In this document: positions 38,901-45,313 of the stretch, in pieces
How positions within the stretch are numbered: position 1 is the stretch's first letter
Layout: the number at the start of each line of letters is the position of its first letter
Notes under the pieces: model-generated
What the model was told of the DNA's origin: nothing
What the model saw: only the letters and a program-made list of their open reading frames with translations
The model's database searches: none
Source: an uncultured Acidimicrobiales bacterium
GTDB lineage: Bacteria; Actinomycetota; Acidimicrobiia; Acidimicrobiales; SHLQ01
NCBI GenBank assembly: GCA_938084885.1
Contig: CALKGG010000070.1
Coordinates: 17,556 to 81,555, forward strand
Direction of reading: 5' to 3'
Length of the DNA: 64,000 bases
Program-made: the position numbers and the translations under genes

Positions 38901-40486
38901 TCTATGTAGCGCCCGGCGACCCGGTCACCTGGACCTACACCGTCACCAACACCGGCAACATTGCCGTCGCCGCAGAGGTGTCCGACGACAACGGCACGCC
39001 CGCGACGCTCACCGACGACTTCGCCGCGAGCTTGGTCACCGGCGACACGAATGGCGATGACCTCCTCGACCTCGACGAAACCTGGACCTTCCAAGCCACC
39101 GGTACCGCCATTGCGGGCCAGTACCAAAACACCGCAACGGTCACCGCCGCCCCGCCCGCGGTCACCAACCCCGACGGCACCACAAGTCCGGCCACTCCAG
39201 TCACCGCAGACGACGACGACTACTACTTCGGCGCCGAACCAGCGGTCGCAATCATCAAAGCGGTCAATAACGATGACGCCAACGACACCCCCGGTGTACT
39301 CGTACCCGAAGGTGAAGAGGTTTCGTGGACCTACACCGTGACGAACACCGGCACCGCCCCGTTGGTCGACGTCTTGGTCGACGATGACCAGGGGGTCGCC
39401 GTCACCTGCCCAACTACGACGCTCGATATTGGCGAAGAGATGGTTTGCACAGGCGCAGCCGAAGCAGCCACGCTCGGCCAATACACGAACATCGGCACGG
39501 TGCAGGGCACTCCAGGCGAACCAACAGAAACGCCTGGTGTCTTCGCTGCACTCGTCGACCCAACCACCGGCGCCCCGGTCGAATCAGTCTCGGCACGTGA
39601 CGCTGCAAACCACTTCGGCACCGGCCCTGGCGTTGAAATCGTGAAGACCGTCTGCACCTTCGATGACACTTCCACCTGCGATATAGAGAACGAAGACCAC
39701 TGGGGCGAGACCACGGTCATTGCCGATGGTGACGATGTCACGTGGCGAATTCAGGTTGTCAACCTTGGCAATATCGACCTCATCGACATTGTGGTGGCCG
39801 ACCCACTCGCACCGTCATGTCAGCAGACTCGACCGCTTCTCACCGTCGGCGAAACATGGACCTATGCCTGCTCGGAGAGCGGCACCACTGAACCAACGAC
39901 CAATACTGCGTCGGTCGAGGCAACGCCAGCAGACGGTGGTAGCCCCGCAATCACCAGCAGTGATTCTGCCGAGACGCTCGAACCGGCAGAACTCGCACTC
40001 GCAAAGTCCGTGGATCAAACTGGCGTGCTCGTCGGCGACACCGTCACCTACGAGATTGAGCTCACCAACACCGGCGTGCTCAATGCCACCGACATCGAGG
40101 TGCTCGATACCTTGCCCGCCGGCATCACATCGATCGCCTTCTCAACTACCGATCGCCTGTTCTACAACGAAGCGGATCACACGATCGTGTGGTCGATTGC
40201 CGAGCTCGCTGCCGGCGAGACCGCAGTGGTGAGCTATAGCGCCGAAGTTGAGTCGACCGGTGACTTGGTCAACGAGGTCGCCATTCTCAGCGACCACGAG
40301 GAAAACAACCTCGACAACAACAGCGACAGTGCGTCGATCACCGCCTCACCGGTTCCCGAGTCCGCTCCTCCGCTGGCCTTTACCGGTGCGAACTCGATGA
40401 CCACCGTCGTCTGGGCATTGACCCTGCTGGGTCTTGGCGTGGTGCTCGTGATCCTCGCCCGCCGTCGCCAGCTACTCAGCAACTAG
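32903..40486 (+). CDS. giant (~2,527 aa) repetitive cell-surface protein: signal peptide, large N-terminal region, SdrD-B/Cna-B-like domain, about 8 DUF11/DUF7507-like beta-sandwich repeats, LAFTG sorting signal
   Basis: The ATG at 32903 gives MKKLNGVITNLRIMVVMAVVATTIVVFQLPSFASP. The SdrD-B-like segment is DLVFLDADVDGAFTPGIDVPIQGTAVELW...DADGRYIFEGLLEGTYEVRIP. Repeats carry VTWTYTVTNTGN..L..V.V.DDNGTP. The C-terminus is PPLAFTGANSMTTVVWALTLLGLGVVLVILARRRQ. Confidence 0.85.
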   Translation: MKKLNGVITNLRIMVVMAVVATTIVVFQLPSFASPTGLDACFFRDLNGSSIQGDSTNVGAGDEVAFTEPISVELVDQTTGGTTLLTTNPTTGCVDFPNLADATNYQLNVTYPPEYRSSPTGGDTDFTPNGAPATAGDPFTSTYTFTYTTGDDLAITGGVSGIPQVSLGYFITPSGNPLIETGTASFNTSGNCPVQEPGDDCGELDDVVRTNDITTIGYTITADNIPDPNTNPLNDIVVEQVITPNNGAVVSVPSLHPNCLTSGVSPVSSIDTDPATGVVTVTCNIGPKGNGTSILPMFIKANGDSTNGSFFEVDARVYTGDDSAQLSDESIIATEEIFVSAAPRFDITKGNDASNPFNRVIFLQFTERVNPNTGLTELGAGYRWDISVLYDGGAKGQAALAEPITFSDVIPAEFPGFKLLACRSNPQGGGGLPADLAGPQDWGERGTWNCVEDRANNEIDVTVTNVDTDGDPVPTQGNNGTDLSSGPFVAFAGSIDIWYPVSDFYRSVDPDWQPGDDPIEGTYPLNNVISNFAPVDSTGQENYGGAGEPTENNDRTTNVQIAEAGAFSKLLGSYEWADGRIPDGSLTGTAALWPCSGGAIAGGSLPSGQTQTCNAGDAPAQPGERAHFWFWLRNQGTFPWPADTVALCDAFDNTTMSLTQWTGGETLYIRGSFPDDAYIVEYATAGFNNDPTTNDWTDQVAAVRDCAAPNNDWSEDPFSFDADPDTSLEMVGMVRVRLDSNVVSEVAPSQFYQVSLPVEIRNTFNGGPNDGELIPPGTVIANNANRTFGSTAYTNTVFGAENYTQANLGDRLILNRHQVRISKTASVDTTSPTDDDLSNVEGSDTVIWWLQPAVTAVTSAIAPNVQVIDTLPAGITFDSFCQTSQAYPDADVSLSSVTNNPDGTTTLLFDLGDRPTNVAIGPIPVCTTIDNFLDPGTDLTNNVEIRSDTDVSPEGTRSDERTVSVIASGEFQLIKAVDAPLELQLDTQAFTIGWSNLSDDFDFQPPDVIDVWPYNGDALNPLNERTEFDSNFSGSYELTSWLPQPTTTAGGGATRPTTGTWYYTADDPNTVPYDAAHPDNDLAAPGGVNWCTQAELTIGTAPCDFTFSDSTGARFVQEEILSSRETVTVNYTFQAGSLSDPNLPGDRYVNRFAARTASVSGLIRSNEVLVQVLSMSLGDLVFLDADVDGAFTPGIDVPIQGTAVELWIDNDAGTFVQADSTITDADGRYIFEGLLEGTYEVRIPDAELNGGTLDTFTQTVNPIAADNDDNENIDHQASNSGLGYTTSGPVTLSADTTVDPPLGLEPVGDNVLGIGNMLTFDNLTNLTVDLGFRGDPAVRLVKEVCDPAVGSCDLTTSALDPSDGWVETTTVAFTDTAQWRISILNTGFEVLTNIAVADDAEPGCNQAAGSIPDLGIGESFAYVCSTSNVLRDVLNTAAVSAEGLGSRDAVEDDDSAAVETPPEDPDIEVVKFVNGNDAQTAPGIFIDPGSQVTFTYEVTLGSGIVPLADVAVDDDNGTPLDATDDFAAVFVNGDTDGDNRLDIGETWLFEATGFTALADQYANWATATGTPVTAGAAELSDIDPAHYFGVEANSDLTKLVNGQDANSTPGISVAAGDPITFSYVVENTGNTPLFVVAFTDDAGTTSDPTDDWTPVLVSGDTDGDGLIDTTETWTFEHTGETAVANQYTNLAVITLADPLGNQVNSSDPANYFGTNPAFAVEKSTNGADADVDPVLVGANSALLWEYVLTNTGNAPISSPQVEDDNGTPADTTDDFIATFVSGDANGDGVLDLDETWIFQATGTATELAYTNNAIATGEGPTSLDVDGNPVAGVPVEAEDPSSYIVASPDVAITKATNRVNSATAPGVLVRPGDLVTWTYTVTNPGDVPLSNVMVSDDNGTAALLTDDLTAAFISGDANGDGLLDVDETWTFQATGTAIAGQYQNRATVTATPPEVTDPDGTTSDPPTVTDSDDDYYFGIDPEIEIVKATNGTDNAAAPGIYVAPGDPVTWTYTVTNTGNIAVAAEVSDDNGTPATLTDDFAASLVTGDTNGDDLLDLDETWTFQATGTAIAGQYQNTATVTAAPPAVTNPDGTTSPATPVTADDDDYYFGAEPAVAIIKAVNNDDANDTPGVLVPEGEEVSWTYTVTNTGTAPLVDVLVDDDQGVAVTCPTTTLDIGEEMVCTGAAEAATLGQYTNIGTVQGTPGEPTETPGVFAALVDPTTGAPVESVSARDAANHFGTGPGVEIVKTVCTFDDTSTCDIENEDHWGETTVIADGDDVTWRIQVVNLGNIDLIDIVVADPLAPSCQQTRPLLTVGETWTYACSESGTTEPTTNTASVEATPADGGSPAITSSDSAETLEPAELALAKSVDQTGVLVGDTVTYEIELTNTGVLNATDIEVLDTLPAGITSIAFSTTDRLFYNEADHTIVWSIAELAAGETAVVSYSAEVESTGDLVNEVAILSDHEENNLDNNSDSASITASPVPESAPPLAFTGANSMTTVVWALTLLGLGVVLVILARRRQLLSN
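37298..39628 (+). repeat. six tandem ~125-130-aa domain repeats (approximate starts 37298, 37676, 38051, 38447, 38846, 39242); the first five carry an embedded GD(T/A)(D/N)GD..LD..ETW loop
   Basis: Read from the translation: GDTDGDNRLDIGETW, GDTDGDGLIDTTETW, GDANGDGVLDLDETW, GDANGDGLLDVDETW, GDTNGDDLLDLDETW. Repeats 4 and 5 share long near-identical DNA runs (gaaacctggaccttccaagc.accgg.accgccattgc.ggcca.taccaaaac). Confidence 0.8.
40373..40486 (+). other. cell-wall sorting signal: LAFTG + hydrophobic helix + RRRQ tail
   Basis: LAFTG is encoded at 40373-40387. It is followed by ANSMTTVVWALTLLGLGVVLVILA, then RRRQLLSN and the stop. LAxTG is the class E sortase motif of Actinobacteria. Confidence 0.75.
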
Positions 40487-40533
40487 CCGAGGTTAGGCCC
40501 GGGCCAGAACCTTCGGGGCCTGTTCCCCGGTGG

Positions 40534-40938
40534 CTAGGTGCGGGAGCGGTGTTCGGTGCCGAGGCCTGCGGTGATGAAGACCGCCGTTGTTGGTTCGGTG
40601 ACGTTTGCGGTGTGCCACGTGCCAGGTTCGTTTATCGCGTACTCGCCGACCTGCAGCGTGGTGGCAACCTCTGAACCGTCGATCTCTTGAACGAGCTCGA
40701 TCGACCCAGCGGTACACAAGACCACCTCGGCCCCCAAAGGATGCATCTCCCACACGTCCCATGACTCGGTGAACGTGTGCATCGAGACCAGGCGGCCCTC
40801 AACTCCGTCGCCGCCATGACGTTCTCCGTAGCCGCCATACCAGTCCATCTCGCCGGTGAAGAGCGGTTGGGAAACCGCCGTAGCCCCGAGGCCGAGGTGA
40901 AGCGGATGCTGGCTCAGGTTCTTCGGTGCGTTGCTCAT
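40534..40938 (-). CDS. cupin-domain protein
   Basis: 134 aa. Has WEMHPLGAEVVLCTAGSIELV...GEYAINEPGTWHTA (cupin motifs 1 and 2). Confidence 0.65.
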   Translation of the reverse strand: MSNAPKNLSQHPLHLGLGATAVSQPLFTGEMDWYGGYGERHGGDGVEGRLVSMHTFTESWDVWEMHPLGAEVVLCTAGSIELVQEIDGSEVATTLQVGEYAINEPGTWHTANVTEPTTAVFITAGLGTEHRSRT

Positions 40939-41141
40939 GGAATCGACCCTACAACTTCACGACCCACCGCTGCCGAGGCGCCACGACATGAGCACATTGG
41001 TTGCTCGTTCGCAAAGGCGAACATCCCAATCGTGGTCGCCAGCCCCAGAGCGACGCAATTCGATCGATGGTTCTCCAAGGTCGACGGCCGAAGACTAACG
41101 AACACCAGCGGCGCATTGGTTGCCGACCAATTGGGCGCCCG

Positions 41142-44100
41142 CTACCGGAAGTCCCGAGATGTGATCGGGGCGACCATCGAGAACTCGACGAGCTTGTCGG
41201 CAACCACGTTGATCACCCCTTCGGCTATCTCGACCCGCCCTCGCACGATGAGCGCAATAGCGGTGAGCGCAACCTGTTTGTGCCGCTGCCAACACCCCTG
41301 GGAAACGATCACGTTGATCAGCCCGTGTTCGTCTTCAAGGTTCAGAAAGGTTGTCCCAGCTGCAGTCGCTGGTCGTTGACGATGGGTTACAACACCAGCG
41401 ACCAAAATGCGGTCGCCTGAGGTTTGCTCGCGAAGTTCACTCGACGACAACACCCCGAGTTTGTCGAGGTCACCTCGGTAATAGACCGTGGGATGACCAT
41501 TGGGGGCAACGCCGGTGGCCCACAGGTTGGCCAACGAAATCTCCCGGTCACTCATGCCCGGAAGTTGCGGTGCTTCGGTGCCGGTGATGATCCCGGGCAA
41601 TCGAGCGTCGGACGCCTGTGCTGCTGCCCCCGCTTGCCAGAGCGACGACCGCCGATCACCGAAGGCACCTGCGGTAGCGAGCGCCTCAAGCACTTCGATC
41701 GAACACCCCGTCCGTCGCTTGACGTCTTCGATCGACACCCATGGCCTGCCAGCGTCGAGCGCCTTTGCGAGATCGTCGCCGACGTGGCGAACCGACCCAA
41801 TCCCCAGCCGCACTGCTGGCCCACCCTCGCCCCAACGAGACGGATCGACCCCAACACCTTGACGGAACGCCGGATCGACGGCCGGACCATTGGGCCACTC
41901 GAGAGTGGCCTTGGCTCCCGAGCGATTGATATCGGGAGTCAACACCTCGACCCCATGACGTCGAGCATCGCCCACCAACGAATGCGGCGAATAGAACCCC
42001 ATGGGCTGCGCATTCAACAACGCCGCACAAAACGCCGCCGGGTAATACCGCTTGAGCCACGACGACGCGTAGACCAGATAGGCAAACGACACCGAGTGGC
42101 TCTCGGGAAATCCGTAGTTCGCAAACGCGGCCAACTTCTCCCAAATCTGATCCGCAATATCGCCCACGATCCCTCGTTCAGACATACCCGCATACAGCCG
42201 TCCCTTGATTTCCTCCATCCGTTTCCGACTGCGCTTCGAGCCCATTGCCTGACGCAGCTGATCGGCTTCGGCTGGGCTGAAGCCCGCAACATCGATCGCC
42301 ATCTGCATCAGCTGCTCTTGGAACAACGGGATGCCGAGCGTCTTTGACAGCGACTTCTCGAGCAACGGATGCAGATAGGTAACCGGCTCCTTACCGTTGC
42401 GACGACGAATGTAGGGATGCACGGACCCGCCCTGAATCGGGCCCGGGCGTATCAGTGCAATCTCGACGACGAGGTCATAGAACGTGCGAGGTTTGAGCCG
42501 CGGCAAGGTCGCCATCTGCGCCCGCGACTCGATCTGGAACACGCCGATCGTGTCGGCCCGGCACAACATGTCGTAGACCTCAGGGTCTTGAGGCATCGAC
42601 GCCATATCGATGTCGGTTTCGTGCACGTCGGCAATGAAGTCAATGGCGTAGTGGATGGCCGACAACATGCCGAGACCCAACAGGTCGAACTTGACCAAGC
42701 CGGTGCGCGCACAGTCCTCCTTATCCCACTGAAGCACGCTGCGGTTCTCCATGCGTGCCCACTCGACCGGACACACTTCGACCACCGGCCGGTCACAGAT
42801 GACCATGCCTCCCGAGTGAATACCCAAATGCCGGGGGGCATGTTCGAGCTCGGTCGCGAGCTCGGCGACATCTTGAGGAAACGAGCTGGCTTGCGAGCTA
42901 AGCCCGCTCCAACCGTCGAGCTTCTTTGAGAAGGCGTCTTGTTGGCCGACTGCGTAACCGAGCGCTTTGGCCATGTCGCGCACCGACGACTTCGCCCGAT
43001 ACGTGATGACGTTGGCGACCTGTGCGGCATGCTCGCGTCCGTACTGCTCGTAGACGTATTGGATGACCTCTTCTCGACGGTTGGATTCGATGTCGATATC
43101 AATGTCGGGTGGGCCATCTCGCTCGGGCGACAAGAACCGCTCGAACAACAGCCCGAGCGCAACCGCATCGGCGTTGGTGATGCCGAGGGCGTAACAGACC
43201 GCCGAGTTCGCCGCCGACCCACGACCCTGGCAATAGATATTGGAACGACGACAGAAATCGACGATGTCGGCCACGATGAGGAAATAGCCGGGGAACCCGA
43301 GTGATGAAATGAGATCGAGCTCGCGGGCGATCTGCGCATAGGCGCCGGGCACCCGCTCGGCGCTCTCGACCCCATAGCGACGACGCGCCCCCTGGCGGGT
43401 GAGTTCTCGAAGCCACGACATTTCGTCGTGACCCTCGGGGCAGGGATACGGCGGCAGGTTTGGCGCGACCAATTGCAGGTCGAACGCGCACTCCTTCGCA
43501 ATCTTGACCGCAGCTTCAACCACCCCCGGATACCGTTCGAAGCGACGGACTTGTTCGGCGCCGGTTCGCAGATGCGCCGTCGACGCAGCGGGGAGCCATC
43601 CGTCGTGCTCTTCGAGCGACCGCCGACTTCCGACAGCCGACAATGCCGTGGCCAACTTTGCATCCTGGCGCCCGCCGTAGCGGACATCGTTGGTCGCCAC
43701 GACCAGAAGGTCGCGCTCGAGACCAAGACGCGCCAGGGCATCGTTGCGTGTACTACATATAGGCGTTGCGTGATCCCATATTTCAACGGCGAGGTTCGGC
43801 CGGCCGAACGCGTCGATCAACTGATCGAGACGTTGCTGAGCAGCGATTGGCCCTGCTGATTCCAATGCTTGGTTGAGCGGCCCGTCTTGGGAGCCGGTGA
43901 GCACCATCCAGTGCCCCTCGGCCAACTCACTCAATCGAGAAAGCGTGTAGTGCGGCGACCCCTTCTCCCCCGCCATCTGCCCCTCGCTGATCGCCCGCCC
44001 TAACCGGGCATACCCCGCAGCCCCTCGTGCCAACACCACGAGATCGCCGGTACCAGCAACATCGAGCGGACCAGCGCTGCCAAGACCTTGCACGCTGAGC

Positions 44101-44516
44101 TCGGCACCGAACACGGTCGCCAACCCGTGCGCTCGTGCAGCTTCGGCAAACCGAACCACCCCATAGAACCCATTTCGATCGGTTAGCGCCAGCGCATTCA
44201 GCCCGAGACGCACCGCCTCTTCGACCAGCACCTCGGGATTGCTTGCCCCATCGAGGAAGCTGAAGTTCGAATGACAGTGGAGCTCCGCGTATTCTTGCGA
44301 ATGTCGCTCGAGCTCCGCTGAACCCTCCAGCGCCTCTTGAAAGCCTGTGGGTACTTCATATCCTTCCCGCTTTCGCGACCATGCCGGGCTGTCGCCGCCT
44401 GTTCGTTCGACCGGTTCTTGGGTCCGACCGTTCGAGCCAGGCGCGGGAGAGCGACCACGATCGGAAAGCGTTCGTTCAAGCTCGGACCAGGGAACTGGTG
44501 GGTTTTGCCATCCCAT
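41142..44516 (-). CDS. dnaE2: error-prone DNA polymerase III alpha subunit DnaE2 (ImuC)
   Basis: PHP domain YAELHCHSNFSFLDGAS, Pol III alpha core, and an OB-fold C-terminus. Start re-set to the ATG at 44516 (MGWQNPPVPWSELERTLS), because the tracked extension to 44582 contains a LexA box. Confidence 0.9.
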   Translation of the reverse strand: MGWQNPPVPWSELERTLSDRGRSPAPGSNGRTQEPVERTGGDSPAWSRKREGYEVPTGFQEALEGSAELERHSQEYAELHCHSNFSFLDGASNPEVLVEEAVRLGLNALALTDRNGFYGVVRFAEAARAHGLATVFGAELSVQGLGSAGPLDVAGTGDLVVLARGAAGYARLGRAISEGQMAGEKGSPHYTLSRLSELAEGHWMVLTGSQDGPLNQALESAGPIAAQQRLDQLIDAFGRPNLAVEIWDHATPICSTRNDALARLGLERDLLVVATNDVRYGGRQDAKLATALSAVGSRRSLEEHDGWLPAASTAHLRTGAEQVRRFERYPGVVEAAVKIAKECAFDLQLVAPNLPPYPCPEGHDEMSWLRELTRQGARRRYGVESAERVPGAYAQIARELDLISSLGFPGYFLIVADIVDFCRRSNIYCQGRGSAANSAVCYALGITNADAVALGLLFERFLSPERDGPPDIDIDIESNRREEVIQYVYEQYGREHAAQVANVITYRAKSSVRDMAKALGYAVGQQDAFSKKLDGWSGLSSQASSFPQDVAELATELEHAPRHLGIHSGGMVICDRPVVEVCPVEWARMENRSVLQWDKEDCARTGLVKFDLLGLGMLSAIHYAIDFIADVHETDIDMASMPQDPEVYDMLCRADTIGVFQIESRAQMATLPRLKPRTFYDLVVEIALIRPGPIQGGSVHPYIRRRNGKEPVTYLHPLLEKSLSKTLGIPLFQEQLMQMAIDVAGFSPAEADQLRQAMGSKRSRKRMEEIKGRLYAGMSERGIVGDIADQIWEKLAAFANYGFPESHSVSFAYLVYASSWLKRYYPAAFCAALLNAQPMGFYSPHSLVGDARRHGVEVLTPDINRSGAKATLEWPNGPAVDPAFRQGVGVDPSRWGEGGPAVRLGIGSVRHVGDDLAKALDAGRPWVSIEDVKRRTGCSIEVLEALATAGAFGDRRSSLWQAGAAAQASDARLPGIITGTEAPQLPGMSDREISLANLWATGVAPNGHPTVYYRGDLDKLGVLSSSELREQTSGDRILVAGVVTHRQRPATAAGTTFLNLEDEHGLINVIVSQGCWQRHKQVALTAIALIVRGRVEIAEGVINVVADKLVEFSMVAPITSRDFR

Positions 44517-44533
44517 AGGGACTCGCGAGACTA

Positions 44534-44549
44534 TCGAACATGTGTTCGT
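44534..44549. promoter_or_regulatory. LexA (SOS) box TCGAACATGTGTTCGT upstream of dnaE2
   Basis: Matches the actinobacterial TCGAAC-N4-GTTCGA consensus at 11 of 12 half-site positions. It lies 18 nt upstream of the ATG at 44516. Confidence 0.75.
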
Positions 44550-44588
44550 TCTGCAATCTCGCTCCCTTGTCGAGCTGCCCAATGATGC

Positions 44589-45236
44589 CTACAACGTGGC
44601 GAAGGCCCGCACGGTGAAGGTTCCAGCGCCCTCGATCTTTGGGGGCACCGCGGTGAAGGCGAACCCGTCGCCGGGAAGCTGGTCGAGATTGGTCATGTGC
44701 TCGATGATCGGAATTTCCGAACCCAACAGCACCGTATGCACTGGACGATCATTGCCGCGGGTGTCGTCGATGTTGAAAGTATCGATGCCCACACAGGCAA
44801 CATCAGCCTCGACCAACAGCTCGGCCGAGGCTGCGGTGAGGAACGGGTGATTACTGAAGTACCGGTCCGTTCCCCAGTGTTTGGCGTGCGCGGTATGGAT
44901 GAGCACCGCCTTCCCAGCGCATTGACTCACCTCGTCATGGGAAAGCGCAATCTCTACCTCTCCACTACGGTCGAGACACACCGCTGGGACGCCAGCGACG
45001 CGTTCGAGGGCCAAGCCGGCCAGATCGTGTCCATCGGCGTACCGGTGGAAGGGTACATCGAGGTAAGTGCCAGTATTTGTGCAGATCTCGATCTGGCCGA
45101 TCTGAAACGACACGCCCGGGGCATAGATTTCCTCTGCTGCCTCACGGGAAAGATGCGTGCCGATGACCGGGGCGGGTAGCCCTGGGTAGGTCACCATTCC
45201 GTCGCTGATTGTGTGGCTGAGGTCTACATATTCCAT
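44589..45236 (-). CDS. cyclase-family protein (kynurenine-formamidase-like fold)
   Basis: MEYVDLSHTISDGMVTYPGLPAPVIGTH, NTGTYLDVPFHRY (HxGTHxDxPxH-like), IEHMTNLDQLP. The tracked start is 45281. Confidence 0.7.
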   Translation of the reverse strand: MEYVDLSHTISDGMVTYPGLPAPVIGTHLSREAAEEIYAPGVSFQIGQIEICTNTGTYLDVPFHRYADGHDLAGLALERVAGVPAVCLDRSGEVEIALSHDEVSQCAGKAVLIHTAHAKHWGTDRYFSNHPFLTAASAELLVEADVACVGIDTFNIDDTRGNDRPVHTVLLGSEIPIIEHMTNLDQLPGDGFAFTAVPPKIEGAGTFTVRAFATL

Positions 45237-45313
45237 ACGACAGGCTATGGTCGCGCGCTGGGGACTCGACAGATTCGCCATCTGCTACAGACACATCACG
45301 TAGGACCACGACA

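Noticed and set aside
35366-39481. Three long minus-strand ORFs (378, 380 and 535 aa) inside the giant adhesin gene
   Set aside because: They are antisense shadow frames of a GC-rich, stop-poor repetitive gene. The translations are low-complexity (G/R/V/D-rich) with no motifs, whereas the + frame has coherent domain repeats, a signal peptide and a sorting signal.
37298-39628. Periodic ~390-nt repeats considered as a possible CRISPR-like or satellite array
   Set aside because: The period is far too long. The repeats are in frame, diverged mainly at synonymous or loop positions, and encode folded domain units of one protein. No short repeat/spacer structure or cas genes occur anywhere in the window.
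41007-41022. GTTCGC-AAAG-GCGAAC inverted repeat upstream of the cupin gene, considered as a third SOS box
   Set aside because: The half-sites are in the opposite order (GTTC...GAAC rather than GAAC...GTTC), so it does not fit the LexA operator seen at 44534 and 53821. It remains an unassigned palindrome.
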